From NCBI GenBank assembly GCA_900128395.1, contig LT649294.1:1-44234 (forward strand): 44,234 bases of DNA, in the 5' to 3' direction. Position 1 is the first letter of the stretch; every line of letters starts with the position of its first letter. The notes under the pieces were generated by a model. It searched no databases. It had not been told where the DNA came from and saw only the letters and a list, made by a program, of their open reading frames with translations. Position numbers and translations under genes: made by a program. The stretch comes from Stramenopiles sp. TOSAG23-2 (taxonomy: Eukaryota). Shown here piece after piece: positions 11,901 through 21,836 of the stretch.

Positions 11901-14900
11901 TCTGCGCTTTATGAGAATCAGGCGTGGTTTGCGCGTTTTGCATGGTTTGTCGAGGGGATTTATTGTACGCAGGCATGTTTTAAGAATGTTAGAAGCAGTG
12001 AAAATTATTCAACGAGCCACTCGTAGGTTTTTACGGGTACGGCGTATTCATTGGTCCAAAGTTAGAGCTGCATTACTTGTTCAAGCTGTATTTCGTGGAT
12101 ATAAACTACGTCAAAAACGGGAAGATGTTGTAGAATATTTAGCTGTGAAAAGGGAAGAACGCGCAAAAGGAATAGCAATATGCCGTTTGCAAGCAGCATG
12201 GAAAGGTTGTTTAGTTCGACGTCGTTATCATCAAATTAAAGATGCTACTGCAACTATACAAATGTTTCATCGTGCTAACATTTTAAAATTGCATTTTAAT
12301 CGTTTATTACGCGCCGTACATGTAATACAACGTGTCATTCGAGGCATGAACCATAGGAAGAACGTACGGGAAATGAAAACTGCGATAATGGTAGCGGACG
12401 AATTATGGCGTTTAAAAACTGTTCGTGAACGAGAAGCGTTAGATTTGAAGAAATATAACATGGGTACAATTGAAGGTTTGCGTTTGAAAGACTTAAATCG
12501 TTTAGCTAATGATGGACAAGTCGTTGAAGGTCGATGTCTTGATATTGATACTCATATTGATAGCTCTGAAGTTTATACAAGAGGGTGGATGAAATCGTAT
12601 GAATATTTTATGAAAATGTTGACAGAAAATCGCAGAAGACCGCAAACATTGGCACTGGGTTCTCATCACAGCATTGGTTTAGATACAGTCGGCGATGTGT
12701 ATACATGGGGTTGGGGAGATCGTGGCCAATTGGGGCATGGAAGCTACAACAATAAATCTAAATCTACCAAGATAAATTCGCTTGGAAGATTAAATGATTT
12801 ACCAACGCAGCAAGGGCAAAAAATTAGCTTATATAGATCCATGGCAACCCAAGTTATGGTGAAGCAAATTGTTTGTGGGGAAGATCATTCCATGGCGTTG
12901 ACTAAAGAAGGTATTGTCTTTGCATGGGGGTTAAATAGCCGTGGACAATTGGGTCTTGGGGATAAAAATAATTGCGCTGTTCCTACACGTTTACATAGTA
13001 TTAAACCAAGGATCGGGGAAATCGCTGCTGGCGCTTATCACAGTGTTGCGTTGGCATTGTCAGGACACATTTATGTCTGGGGTCGAGGAAAAGAGCTTGG
13101 ATTAGGTGTTTTCGTAGACAATGGAGATAAAACGACGCCGCAATTGGTAAAGGCATTGAAGCGTTTCCGCATCCGCCATGTATCTTGTGGTTTGAATCAT
13201 ACAGTTGCGCAAACACATGATGGTAATTTGTACACTTGGGGCGATAATAAATATGGTCAATTAGGGCTTGGTGACTCGCGTAATCGGTTTGTTCCTTCGT
13301 TGATACAAGTTCAACGAGAAGACAGCCAACGCGTGGAAAGTTTCGCTGATGTATCCAGCGGTGGAAGACACTGTATTGCCGTGTCAAGAAGTGGAGCCGT
13401 ATATACGTGGGGTTGGAATGCGCATGGACAATTAGGTTTGGGCCATAAAGATGATGTAGATACTCCATCCCAAGTTGTATCGTTGGAGAAAGAACGTGTA
13501 ACACAAGTAGCTGCTGGATGGCGTCATACAATAGTACTTTCCAATAGTAGTGGTAACATGTACGCATGGGGTGTCTGCTCTTGTGTTAATCACCGACTTC
13601 GTAGGAAACAATCAAGTGGTAAAAAGGATGATACATTAATTGAAAATACGATACCTGTATCCATACCTTGGAATCAAAAAACATACAGGTTGCCAACTGC
13701 AATAAATGTTGTGTGGAGTCGTATGTCAAGTGTTACGCTTATTTCATATTTGCAAGGTCCTGTTCCCCCTGAAGAACTTGCATTGCCATTATTGGAGATT
13801 AGTCATGAAGAAGTTCAGACAGGTGGGCCACCAGGAAGTCCAAATCAACAACGTCGTTATTTAACAAATCAAGCAATAGTTAGTCAAACCGTCGGAATTT
13901 CATCTCCCGTTGGCTCCCCGTCAAAATCTACTACAATTGTTCCAATCAAAGATAAGCAAAGGGTCAAGCCAAATAAAGTTAGCTCTAAAGATTTAAAAGA
14001 CATGACGGAAGTTCAATTAAAAGAGTTAATTTTGGATATGCAAGATGCTATTCCACATCATTCTAAAATATTAAGTCAATCAACGATGAAAAGAACTGCT
14101 GTGAGACAACAAGCGAAAGCTCTGCCAATAAATAATCGGTTGCATTATATGACAGAATCGGAACATAAGCATGAATTTGGTTTACGCACCTCTGGTGGTA
14201 ATGGCTTCACAGAAGCACAAACAAATGAACAATTTTTATATCGTGGCCCAAGTAAATTTGCACTAGAACGTGCAAAAGAGCGTACGTGGAACAAATACGG
14301 CTCCAGTACTCAGAAAGCTAGAATGGCAAAGCAATTTTATGGATCCGAATCAAAATTACGTAGTGAACTTTTGCAATTTAAGAGTGGTAAGAATAAAGGC
14401 AGACGTCAAGATGATTTTGTTGCATTAATGTCTCCAATGAATACGAATAAAAACAAACAACGGTCTAGCACATCTTCACCAGAGCCGGATATGCATACTC
14501 CAAAATCAAAGAAATCGAGTGGATTAGATTCAGAGCAAATGTTACAATTGTTTTCTCCAGAGTTATTAGTTGCAACGTCAAATGATGAAATTAACGTCCA
14601 AGATGTCATCAAAAAACGTCTGGCAAGGGGTGTACCACCAACTTTGAAAAATCCGAAAAATAATAAAATGTATGTAAACAACAGTGCTACTCTATTTACT
14701 AGTGGCATATACAAATCAAAACCAGAGAATTATATTGATAATGATAGCAATGAACCTACCGTACGACGTCTTATTGGAAACGATGCATTGTCAAGAAGCC
14801 ATGGACGTTATGATGGCAGAAGAACGAAGAAACAACAAAAGGAAGATAAATATATTAAACGTGATGTGTTGCAAAGTTATCTTCGTGCTCAGCAAGGCAT

Positions 14901-15309
14901 ACGGGCAAGTAATAAAAAAGGAAATCAATGGTCAGGTCGTAGACAAAGTGATACTAGAAGGGCACGTAAGCAAATCGAAGCATCCATTTACAATGCACGT
15001 AATGAGGAAGATGATGGAGACCAAGAAGAACGTGATATAGTCCCAGAAATGCAATTTCAAAGTAATTCTATGTATAATAATGATAATAATAATAAAGGTA
15101 ACGATGATCAACGTTTACAGCAACCAAAACCTGTAAGCAAGTTGAATAAATTACGTACTAACTCATATGTTGCATTGGAAAACGAAGTTGAAGCATTGCG
15201 AGCGAAATTAGGGTCAAAGAAGCAAAATTCATCAGCATCGAACTACAATAGTAACAATTTTAAAAATAAAGCGGCAAATGATATTAAAAAAATTTTAGAG
15301 AGTGATTGA
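8917..15309 (+). CDS. Unconventional myosin with multiple IQ motifs and an RCC1-repeat tail
   Basis: 2130 aa. P-loop GESGAGKT, switch I NNNSSRFGK, switch II DIFGFE and RFVRCIK. Several IQ motifs (IQATYRMY, IQAAFRG, VQAVFRG, LQAAWKG, IQRVIRG). RCC1 repeats (VYTWGWGDRGQLGHG, FAWGLNSRGQLGLG, YTWGDNKYGQLGLG, YTWGWNAHGQLGLG). Confidence 0.96.
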   Translation: MSSTFKIKGQGRRNTADRIALLKSRKRANSMNATFFQKGVQVWIENPYEEGTGAYRHGYLSKEKATRPMYVPARVAETLDQSTNKILCETELSPKMRVEQPFEMVWPRNDITDLDDMIDYTHLHEPAVLHNIEQRYLRKQIYTKAGEILIVMNPYKLVMDEHQVGIYDQLYMKKYRESPPPSKLRLLSDKERRRLSLPPHIFETANDVYQTIIQHSQSQSIIISGESGAGKTETTKQIMQYIANLSSVKSTGKNVPTDLVSARRRSLSSRDSLNAYIGQKDEKNVPLIEKQLLQSNPILESFGNAKTLRNNNSSRFGKYLRIVFGEKGHIIGGSIKHFLLEKSRLTDQLDGERSYHFFYQLCLGVPENMQKELWIDSPDKFKFLSDSNSHLIKHAYMGGASSSDEADFKAVDEAFKIVGVEQDIVTEIYKVVSAVLHLGNIRFVEKDDSHTATGTSISGVESSCERSLQAICSLLGFHKEDFMESVTTKSTNAGGNTIISKVSKEAAEQSVISLAKALYAKLFGVIVQAINAGIKKTVTKELGTAEDFDTNPKYKFLGLLDIFGFEVFKEGNGFEQLLINYANERLHNLFIKHVFRLEEKKYEEERIDYSAITFTDNQNVIDLISKKRTGIFQQVSDACLFGRMSEEVMLQKMADKMKKAKSRDGSKPADLFALAHIKHRGCFIVTHSANEVMYTIKGFKTKNKDLLQPQIEDILINGTKLNILQAMFKTPEASSTANRSTLVGANVMLSLRFEENINKLIKTIEQTTPRFVRCIKSNELKKPFYFDTTKVYNQLQYLGVLDSVRIRHDGYSYQKVYRDFFEHFVIVISAPKTQTEFQLIQPADADYRSLSMKVMALYWRWGEQSEKHGDLFDKKTKKDKVQFGTTKLFMRKALSQALETLREVRMQKIDEASTKIQATYRMYQTKANLALFHRSIGRIQAAFRGIHYRTKWCSYRNAINIMQWFFKGFIIKNRYTKKMRALRKLQRYFRKCHGRLRFMRIRRGLRVLHGLSRGFIVRRHVLRMLEAVKIIQRATRRFLRVRRIHWSKVRAALLVQAVFRGYKLRQKREDVVEYLAVKREERAKGIAICRLQAAWKGCLVRRRYHQIKDATATIQMFHRANILKLHFNRLLRAVHVIQRVIRGMNHRKNVREMKTAIMVADELWRLKTVREREALDLKKYNMGTIEGLRLKDLNRLANDGQVVEGRCLDIDTHIDSSEVYTRGWMKSYEYFMKMLTENRRRPQTLALGSHHSIGLDTVGDVYTWGWGDRGQLGHGSYNNKSKSTKINSLGRLNDLPTQQGQKISLYRSMATQVMVKQIVCGEDHSMALTKEGIVFAWGLNSRGQLGLGDKNNCAVPTRLHSIKPRIGEIAAGAYHSVALALSGHIYVWGRGKELGLGVFVDNGDKTTPQLVKALKRFRIRHVSCGLNHTVAQTHDGNLYTWGDNKYGQLGLGDSRNRFVPSLIQVQREDSQRVESFADVSSGGRHCIAVSRSGAVYTWGWNAHGQLGLGHKDDVDTPSQVVSLEKERVTQVAAGWRHTIVLSNSSGNMYAWGVCSCVNHRLRRKQSSGKKDDTLIENTIPVSIPWNQKTYRLPTAINVVWSRMSSVTLISYLQGPVPPEELALPLLEISHEEVQTGGPPGSPNQQRRYLTNQAIVSQTVGISSPVGSPSKSTTIVPIKDKQRVKPNKVSSKDLKDMTEVQLKELILDMQDAIPHHSKILSQSTMKRTAVRQQAKALPINNRLHYMTESEHKHEFGLRTSGGNGFTEAQTNEQFLYRGPSKFALERAKERTWNKYGSSTQKARMAKQFYGSESKLRSELLQFKSGKNKGRRQDDFVALMSPMNTNKNKQRSSTSSPEPDMHTPKSKKSSGLDSEQMLQLFSPELLVATSNDEINVQDVIKKRLARGVPPTLKNPKNNKMYVNNSATLFTSGIYKSKPENYIDNDSNEPTVRRLIGNDALSRSHGRYDGRRTKKQQKEDKYIKRDVLQSYLRAQQGIRASNKKGNQWSGRRQSDTRRARKQIEASIYNARNEEDDGDQEERDIVPEMQFQSNSMYNNDNNNKGNDDQRLQQPKPVSKLNKLRTNSYVALENEVEALRAKLGSKKQNSSASNYNSNNFKNKAANDIKKILESD

Positions 15310-15454
15310 AAATGTAATTTATAAAAAATTTTATATCGACGCCCATAAATCTTTTTTTTTTGTACAAACGGGATTAAATATTATTAAATATCGTATAAAA
15401 ACTATGTTTAACATGAATATCTTTACTGTACACAATACACTTCTCTTTTGTGTT

Positions 15455-15587
15455 TCAATCATTTAAATCACCATTACCTTCTCCTACATCTCTACCATTT
15501 TCATCATAATAATTTGCTTTTCCACCTTTTGAACGTAAAAGTGCAATGATCTCTTGGCGAAGTGGACTATCATTATATCGATATGCC
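15455..15587 (-). pseudogene. Orphan variant copy of the ankyrin-cassette C-terminal tail
   Basis: Translates AYRYNDSPLRQEIIALLRSKGGKANYYDENGRDVGEGNGDLND*, a near-copy of 15630-15762, which reads AYARTDSPLCQ...GRRVGIGNGDLND*. Confidence 0.85.
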
Positions 15588-15629
15588 ACGTGTATTTAAT
15601 TATAATTAAAGTACGAAGTAAAGCGAGTT

Positions 15630-16810
15630 TTAATCATTTAAATCACCATTACCTATTCCTACACGTCTACCATTTTCATCATAATAATTTGCTTTTCCAC
15701 CTTTTGAACGTAAAAGTGCAATGATCTCTTGGCAAAGTGGACTATCAGTACGAGCATATGCCCAGTCCAGGGGAGTGCATCCCGCCAAGTTCTTCTTATT
15801 AATACTCTCAAGAGTCATATGAGTTAATAACAACTCAATCAACTCAGTATTCGTACTGTTAAACCATGCTGCATAATGTAATGCATTCCTTCCATGCCTA
15901 TTTGCAATATTAGGATCAGCTTCACCTTGTTCAATTAAATATTGAACTANNNNNNNNNTGCAATATTAGGATCAGCTTCACCTTGTTCAATCAAAAATTG
16001 AACTACTTGGAAATGTTCGTTCCTTGCAGCTATCATTAAAGGTGTCCATTCATAACCACTACTAGTTTTACCGACTTGATTCACCATATCTTTCAATGTC
16101 ATCTCATCTCTGTAGCCATTCACATCACAATTAGTAATATATTTGTGATAAGGATGAAGATTCATAAATAATTCTACATCATTCATACATCCGCGTTGAC
16201 ATGCACATACGATAGGTGTTGGTACTCGCTCTCTGTGTCTTGTACCACGTGGAAACTCTCTTTGATATCTTGCAATTAATAAATATAATCTTTTCGCTGG
16301 ATGTGTTAGTAGTATCTCATTGATACTTCTTCTACCTTCATAACTTAGACTCAATGCTATATCACGTACACGTTCAAAATCATCTGATCCAAATGCTTTT
16401 CTACATTGTTGTATTGCATCTTCTGGAAACTCTTGTTTATATCTTACAATTAATAAATAAAGTCTTCTCGCTGGATGTGTTAGTAGTATCTCATTTATAC
16501 TTCTTCTACCTTCATAATCAAGCCTCAATGCTATATCACGTACACGTTCAAAATCATCTGATCCAAATGCTTTTCTACATTGTTGTATCAAAGACGATCG
16601 TTTTACATTACATAATGATCCAATATTTAAATATTGCAATATATTTAATAAGATCCCGCAGGCAGACTCAAATCCAGCTGGTAAAACTAATATACCAATC
16701 TTAATAGGTGGTGGTGCCCTTTTTTGTTTTAACCCTTCAATCGTTGCTGGTTTTAACGTCGTACGACGTTGTCGTTTTGCATGTGGCGGTTTGGTAGTAA
16801 TCGACGCCAT
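15630..16810 (-). CDS. Ankyrin-cassette protein A with basic N-terminus, weak F-box-like segment and duplicated 58-aa unit; spans the N gap
   Basis: ORF 15947-16810 plus the segment left of the gap (VQYLIEQGEADPNIANRHGRNALHYAAWFNSTNTELIELLL...TPLDWAY). Ankyrin motifs TPIVCAC, TPLMIAA, NALHYAA and TPLD. Confidence 0.8.
15950..15958. other. Scaffold gap (9 N)
   Basis: N run. The flanks overlap by about 47 bp with 2 mismatches. Confidence 0.98.
16250..16588 (-). repeat. Diverged in-frame 174-bp (58-aa) tandem repeat
   Basis: IQQCRKAFGSDDFERVRDIAL(RLD/SLS)YEGRRSINEILLTHPA(R/K)RLYLLI(V/A)RY(KQ/QR)EFP occurs twice. Confidence 0.92.
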
Positions 16811-17216
16811 CTTGTATATCTTATATATATATCTTATATATATATATATATATATAGTCTCTCTCGCTCTTATATTTTCTACTATTTCTATTATTCATTT
16901 ATTCTTAGTTTGACGAATTCCAATCAATAAAATGCACTACTATAAATGAACAATGAAACTAGAATGCAAACCAGGCAAAGGGGGGAGGACGAAAATATAC
17001 ACGAGAGAGAGGAGTTTTGTGAAAATTAAAAAAAAAACTATCTACGATACGTAAAAAATAAAAAAACGACGCGTTATTTTCGAAAAAAATGATTATAATA
17101 GAAGTAGAAACATTTTATACGAGATACCTTTTTTACTTTTACACACACATCTTTATCCTAAATGGTCTCTCATATTATTAAAACATTCCTCCCCCCCATA
17201 AAATAATAATCAAAAT

Positions 17217-17735
17217 CTACTTTTTAACTTTTGTTTTTTGAATAATATGATTCAATGTATCTTTATTATATGCATCATCCCTATCTTTACCTTGTATAAC
17301 ATCAACGTATCCATCCGGATTTGGTTTATTACCCCATGACAATGTTGGTTTTTTATGAACACCATATTTTTGACGTATTGCATCACGTGATAAGATAAGT
17401 CCTTTCACTCTAAATTTCGATAAACTAGGTTGGTTATAATTCATAGTACCTTTCTCTGTTACATCGATTGGTACACGTACATATCGCCACGTTGGCATGC
17501 CTTCCGCATCAGTATGTTTGATTCTCACATCCAATGCACCGAATAAACGCGTTTTGCCGATAGGTGAAAACGTGGTGTTTAAAAATTTCGCTGGTCCTAA
17601 ACTATTTGTTTTTGTATTTGATACTAAATTTGATACTTTTTCTAATAAAGTCTTCGTTGCATATATATTATCCATGGATAATAATATGGTCGTAACAATG
17701 ATACATATGGTATATATATTATACGTGGCCACCAT
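17217..17735 (-). CDS. Hypothetical secreted protein
   Basis: 172-aa ORF with a hydrophobic N-terminus (IYTICIIVTTILLS). No family recognised. Confidence 0.65.
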   Translation of the reverse strand: MVATYNIYTICIIVTTILLSMDNIYATKTLLEKVSNLVSNTKTNSLGPAKFLNTTFSPIGKTRLFGALDVRIKHTDAEGMPTWRYVRVPIDVTEKGTMNYNQPSLSKFRVKGLILSRDAIRQKYGVHKKPTLSWGNKPNPDGYVDVIQGKDRDDAYNKDTLNHIIQKTKVKK

Positions 17736-19044
17736 CGTCGTTGTTATTCAATACAAGAGTATACACACAGGAAAAAGAGATGATTAGATAGATAAAACTA
17801 TAAATCAGATACACAAACAATACTCTTCTTGATCACTTTGCAAACATTACATTCACTCTCTATCTATACCTTTTGCACTTTACAATATAATGTTTTGTGA
17901 CCCCTGCCCTGAATTTATGTAAAATAAGTTTTCACTGATAATGCAATTTAAGGATTATTAAAATATTTGTAAAAATAGTTTATATTACACAACCAAAATA
18001 TATTTTATACAGAATAATAATATACTTAATATTACAAAATATTTAATTTTATACTTGATTAACATTGACACCCCTACACGAACACGGAGGAATTGGTTGT
18101 TTTTTTGCTTTTCCCCTTCTTTTTCCATCTCATTTTTTTTTGTTCCTCGCCCTCCTATCTCCTATCAAAATACAATATGTTAGACCTATCAAATCCTATT
18201 TTACACTATGAAGAGATATCGAATATAAAACTACACATCATATAAATAATTCTGTCAAATAGTACAGACGGAATTTGATCAGATCTAGATCATAGAATTA
18301 TATATAATACTCTACTACGGATATTTTAACAACAAATAGTATGATTGATCAAATAACTCAATCGATGAGATCCATGTAAAGAATACTCCCACTAATGCTA
18401 TTTATATGTTATTTGCAATGTTCTTTCTACCAATTAAACTTGATCGTTGCCATTCATTCATTGTTCTATATTTCATCATTTCTACATATTTCTTTGATCT
18501 CTAATTAATGCTATGTCCTGTTATTCGACCCTCATCCGATCGTAGTTCACATCTTTTTCAACAAGAAAATCCAAATAAAAAAACACATAGAAAATCGACC
18601 AAAAAATCAATAAAAAGATTTATATATATAGACATAGTTAATGAAGGGGGGGAGATAAGCATAAAGATAGTAAAAAAACAATAGAACTTGTTATAAGAAT
18701 ATTCAACCATTTACTAACAAGTGTTTTATATATATAGATATTCATTGTAATCATTGGAATAGATACATATATATATATATATATATTATATTTTTTTTTG
18801 GCCAATTTAATTTAATTACCTAAAAATTAAACAAAAATTACCGATTTAATAGGGGAAGATATAAATATATATAATAGGATATACGAATTATTCTTTTTTT
18901 ACTGTGAAAGAATTATATATATATATTAATATAAAATAGGAGTAATACACATCACAACAGATATATATATATACACTATATATATATATATAATATACAT
19001 ACACGTATTAGAATTTTATAACAGAAACCATCCATATTCAAACA

Positions 19045-21648
19045 ATGTCACGATGGTTTCGTTCCTCGGAAATGGAATATGTACAAATTATATGCCCACA
19101 AAGTGTTGTTTTTAAATGTGTACAATTATTAGGAGAACAAGGTTCGTTTCAATTTATTGATCAATACCCTAACAAAACAACGGTACAACGTGGCTCGCAG
19201 CATAGGCTATTTGCACATGCCATTAAAGAAATTAAACGTTGTGATAATATGGAACGTATTTTACGTTATTTAAACCAACAAGCACGTAAATCACAAGTTA
19301 TGCCGTCGAATAATAATGATTTAGAAGGTTTTAATAATGGGGAAAATGGTGGTTTTAATGATAAATTTAAATTTGATCAAGTATTAAAATTATTAAAAGA
19401 TGCAGAAGTGGAAGTACGCACACAAACAAAGTTAGTAGCTCAACATACACGTGATATGAATGTAGCGTTGGAATTGAATCGTGTATTGAAAGCTGCTAAG
19501 CAACGTTATGCAGAAGGTAATGCAGAAGCTGAACCAGATCGTGAAAGCTTATTGATGAATATGGATACTGGATCGGATGATGTACGTATTGAAATGATAG
19601 GTGGTGTAGTTGATCGTAAAGTGGAGCAAGGATTGTTGCGTCAAATTTTTCGTGCATCTAGATCCAATGCAATTACGTATTTCAGCCCTATCGATGATGT
19701 ACAATTGTTTGATCCAGATACGCAAGAACCAGCCAATCTAAGTGTTGTCTTGGTATTTTTTCAACGATCGGAGGAATTAAAGAAAAAAATTCAAAAATGT
19801 TGCGTTGCATACGGTGCACGTACATATCCATTACCAGATATACGTAAACGGGATGAAGTCGATGCTATGATTGGTCAGACAAATCAAGATTATTTAAATA
19901 CATTTAAAATACGCAATGCACATTTTCAAAATTTACAAAATATGTTACGTATACGTATTGTGAACAATTTAGAAAAATGGACCGTTGATGTAAGGCAAGA
20001 GAAAAGTGCACATCATAACATTACTAAATTTAAAGTACAAGGGGATATCAATTCACAAAATTTAATTGCATATGGATGGGTATTGAAAAGCAAATCAAAT
20101 GATTTAGCAATGGGATTGCAAAATTTAGGCGATATGGGCCAAACACCGATTATGACCAGGCAAAACAAGGATGATTGGCCAGGGGATCCACCAACACATT
20201 TTGATACCAATAAAGTCACCTCCGTATTCCAAGGCATTGTGAATACATATGGTATACCAAGGTACCAAGAAGCAAATCCTGCATTGTTTGAAGTGATTAT
20301 GTTTCCATTTTTATTTGGTGTGATGTATGGAGATATAGGACATGCAACTGTTTTATTGTTAGTATCCATTTATTTCATTCGTAATGAGAAAGAATTAGGT
20401 AAACCTGGTGCACTTGGTGATATGGCTGGGATGGCATTTGGTGGTAGGTACATGTTGCTTTTAATGAGTATCTTTGCCATTTACATGGGGTTCATTTATA
20501 ACGACATGTTTTCGTTGAATTTACCATTATTTGCAAGTACATGGGAACCATCAAATGTGAAACCAACGAAAAACAATACATTAGTACCAGCATATAAGTT
20601 GCCAACGACGACGTATCCATTTGGTATGGATCCGACATGGAGAATTGCTGGAAATCAATTATCCTTCGTGAATAGTTTTAAAATGAAAATGTCCGTCATA
20701 TTAGGTGTATCGCAAATGCTTTTCGGTGTTTTATTGAAATTTTCAAATGCAATACATTTTAAAAAACCACTAGATTTAATATTTGAATGTATACCGATGT
20801 TAGCATTTGGATTAGGAATCTTTGGTTACATGTTATTTTTAATCTTTTATAAATGGAGTATTGATTGGCATGGACCGGAAGGTATGGCAGGTGGATATGG
20901 ACCACCATCGTTAATAGTGAATATATTGAACATGGTCTTATCCCCTGGATCTGTTCAAGATGCAATGTATGGGCGCGTGCCGGAGAAATGGCCTGTACCA
21001 GGAAAAGTATCACGTGTGAATTTATGCACCGTTGCAAATGGATGTGGTCAAGCAAGGGTGCAAAACAATTTATTAATACTTAGTGGATTATGTATACCAT
21101 TGATATTATTACCAAAACCGTTGTTGTTATATTATTGCAAAAATCGTGATCATCGTAGAGAAAGTGAAGATTCATTGGAATTGCCATATATGGATCATGA
21201 TGAAAGAAAAGAACAAGAATCACCGGATGCCGATGATGATGATGCTGGGCATGATGCTGGTGGGCATGGTGAAGGTTTAGGTGATTTGATGATTCATCAA
21301 ATTATTGAGACAATTGAATTTGTGTTAGGTTTCGTTTCAAATACTGCATCGTATTTACGTTTATGGGCATTAAGTTTAGCGCATGGTCAATTATCTGAAG
21401 TATTTTGGGGTAAGGCAATGTTAGCAACAATTAATATGTCTAATTTCGCAGCAGTATTTTGCGGGTATTATATATGGGCAGCTGCATCTATTGGTGTATT
21501 ATGTTTAATGGATCCATTAGAATGCTTTTTACATGCATTGCGTTTACATTGGGTTGAATTTCAAGATAAATTTTTCTATGCGGATGGTTATTTATTTGAA
21601 CCATATGATTTGAAAAAAATTGATGGAAAGTTAACTGCAGAGACGTAG
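19045..21648 (+). CDS. VPH1: V-type proton ATPase V0 subunit a
   Basis: 867 aa. Motifs FRSSEM, PPTHF, YGIPRYQEANP, FPFLFGVMYGDIGH, NSFKMKMSVILG, SNTASYLRLWALSLAH and LHALRLHWVEF. Confidence 0.97.
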   Translation: MSRWFRSSEMEYVQIICPQSVVFKCVQLLGEQGSFQFIDQYPNKTTVQRGSQHRLFAHAIKEIKRCDNMERILRYLNQQARKSQVMPSNNNDLEGFNNGENGGFNDKFKFDQVLKLLKDAEVEVRTQTKLVAQHTRDMNVALELNRVLKAAKQRYAEGNAEAEPDRESLLMNMDTGSDDVRIEMIGGVVDRKVEQGLLRQIFRASRSNAITYFSPIDDVQLFDPDTQEPANLSVVLVFFQRSEELKKKIQKCCVAYGARTYPLPDIRKRDEVDAMIGQTNQDYLNTFKIRNAHFQNLQNMLRIRIVNNLEKWTVDVRQEKSAHHNITKFKVQGDINSQNLIAYGWVLKSKSNDLAMGLQNLGDMGQTPIMTRQNKDDWPGDPPTHFDTNKVTSVFQGIVNTYGIPRYQEANPALFEVIMFPFLFGVMYGDIGHATVLLLVSIYFIRNEKELGKPGALGDMAGMAFGGRYMLLLMSIFAIYMGFIYNDMFSLNLPLFASTWEPSNVKPTKNNTLVPAYKLPTTTYPFGMDPTWRIAGNQLSFVNSFKMKMSVILGVSQMLFGVLLKFSNAIHFKKPLDLIFECIPMLAFGLGIFGYMLFLIFYKWSIDWHGPEGMAGGYGPPSLIVNILNMVLSPGSVQDAMYGRVPEKWPVPGKVSRVNLCTVANGCGQARVQNNLLILSGLCIPLILLPKPLLLYYCKNRDHRRESEDSLELPYMDHDERKEQESPDADDDDAGHDAGGHGEGLGDLMIHQIIETIEFVLGFVSNTASYLRLWALSLAHGQLSEVFWGKAMLATINMSNFAAVFCGYYIWAAASIGVLCLMDPLECFLHALRLHWVEFQDKFFYADGYLFEPYDLKKIDGKLTAET

Positions 21649-21836
21649 AATATAAGAGTGGTGTGGTGGTATAGAGTGGTAGTGATAATAGTAATAAAGT
21701 ACACTCTGTTTTATTTCCATGTGTAGGGTATGTATAAAATATGATGGACGAACTGCGTACGAGAGTCGAGAGTAAACAAAAAATACGTGTGGTAAAAAAA
21801 ATTACGACGTAATTTGAGAAAAACATCATCTCTCTT

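Noticed and set aside
613-14714. Numerous short antisense or alternate-frame ORFs inside long genes
   Set aside because: Shadow ORFs of the real coding sequences with no recognisable motifs.
15455-16810. Canonical diversity-generating retroelement (TR/VR pair)
   Set aside because: No reverse transcriptase in the window, and differences between the tail copies are not restricted to adenines of one copy (e.g. TGC/CGC, CGT/GAT).
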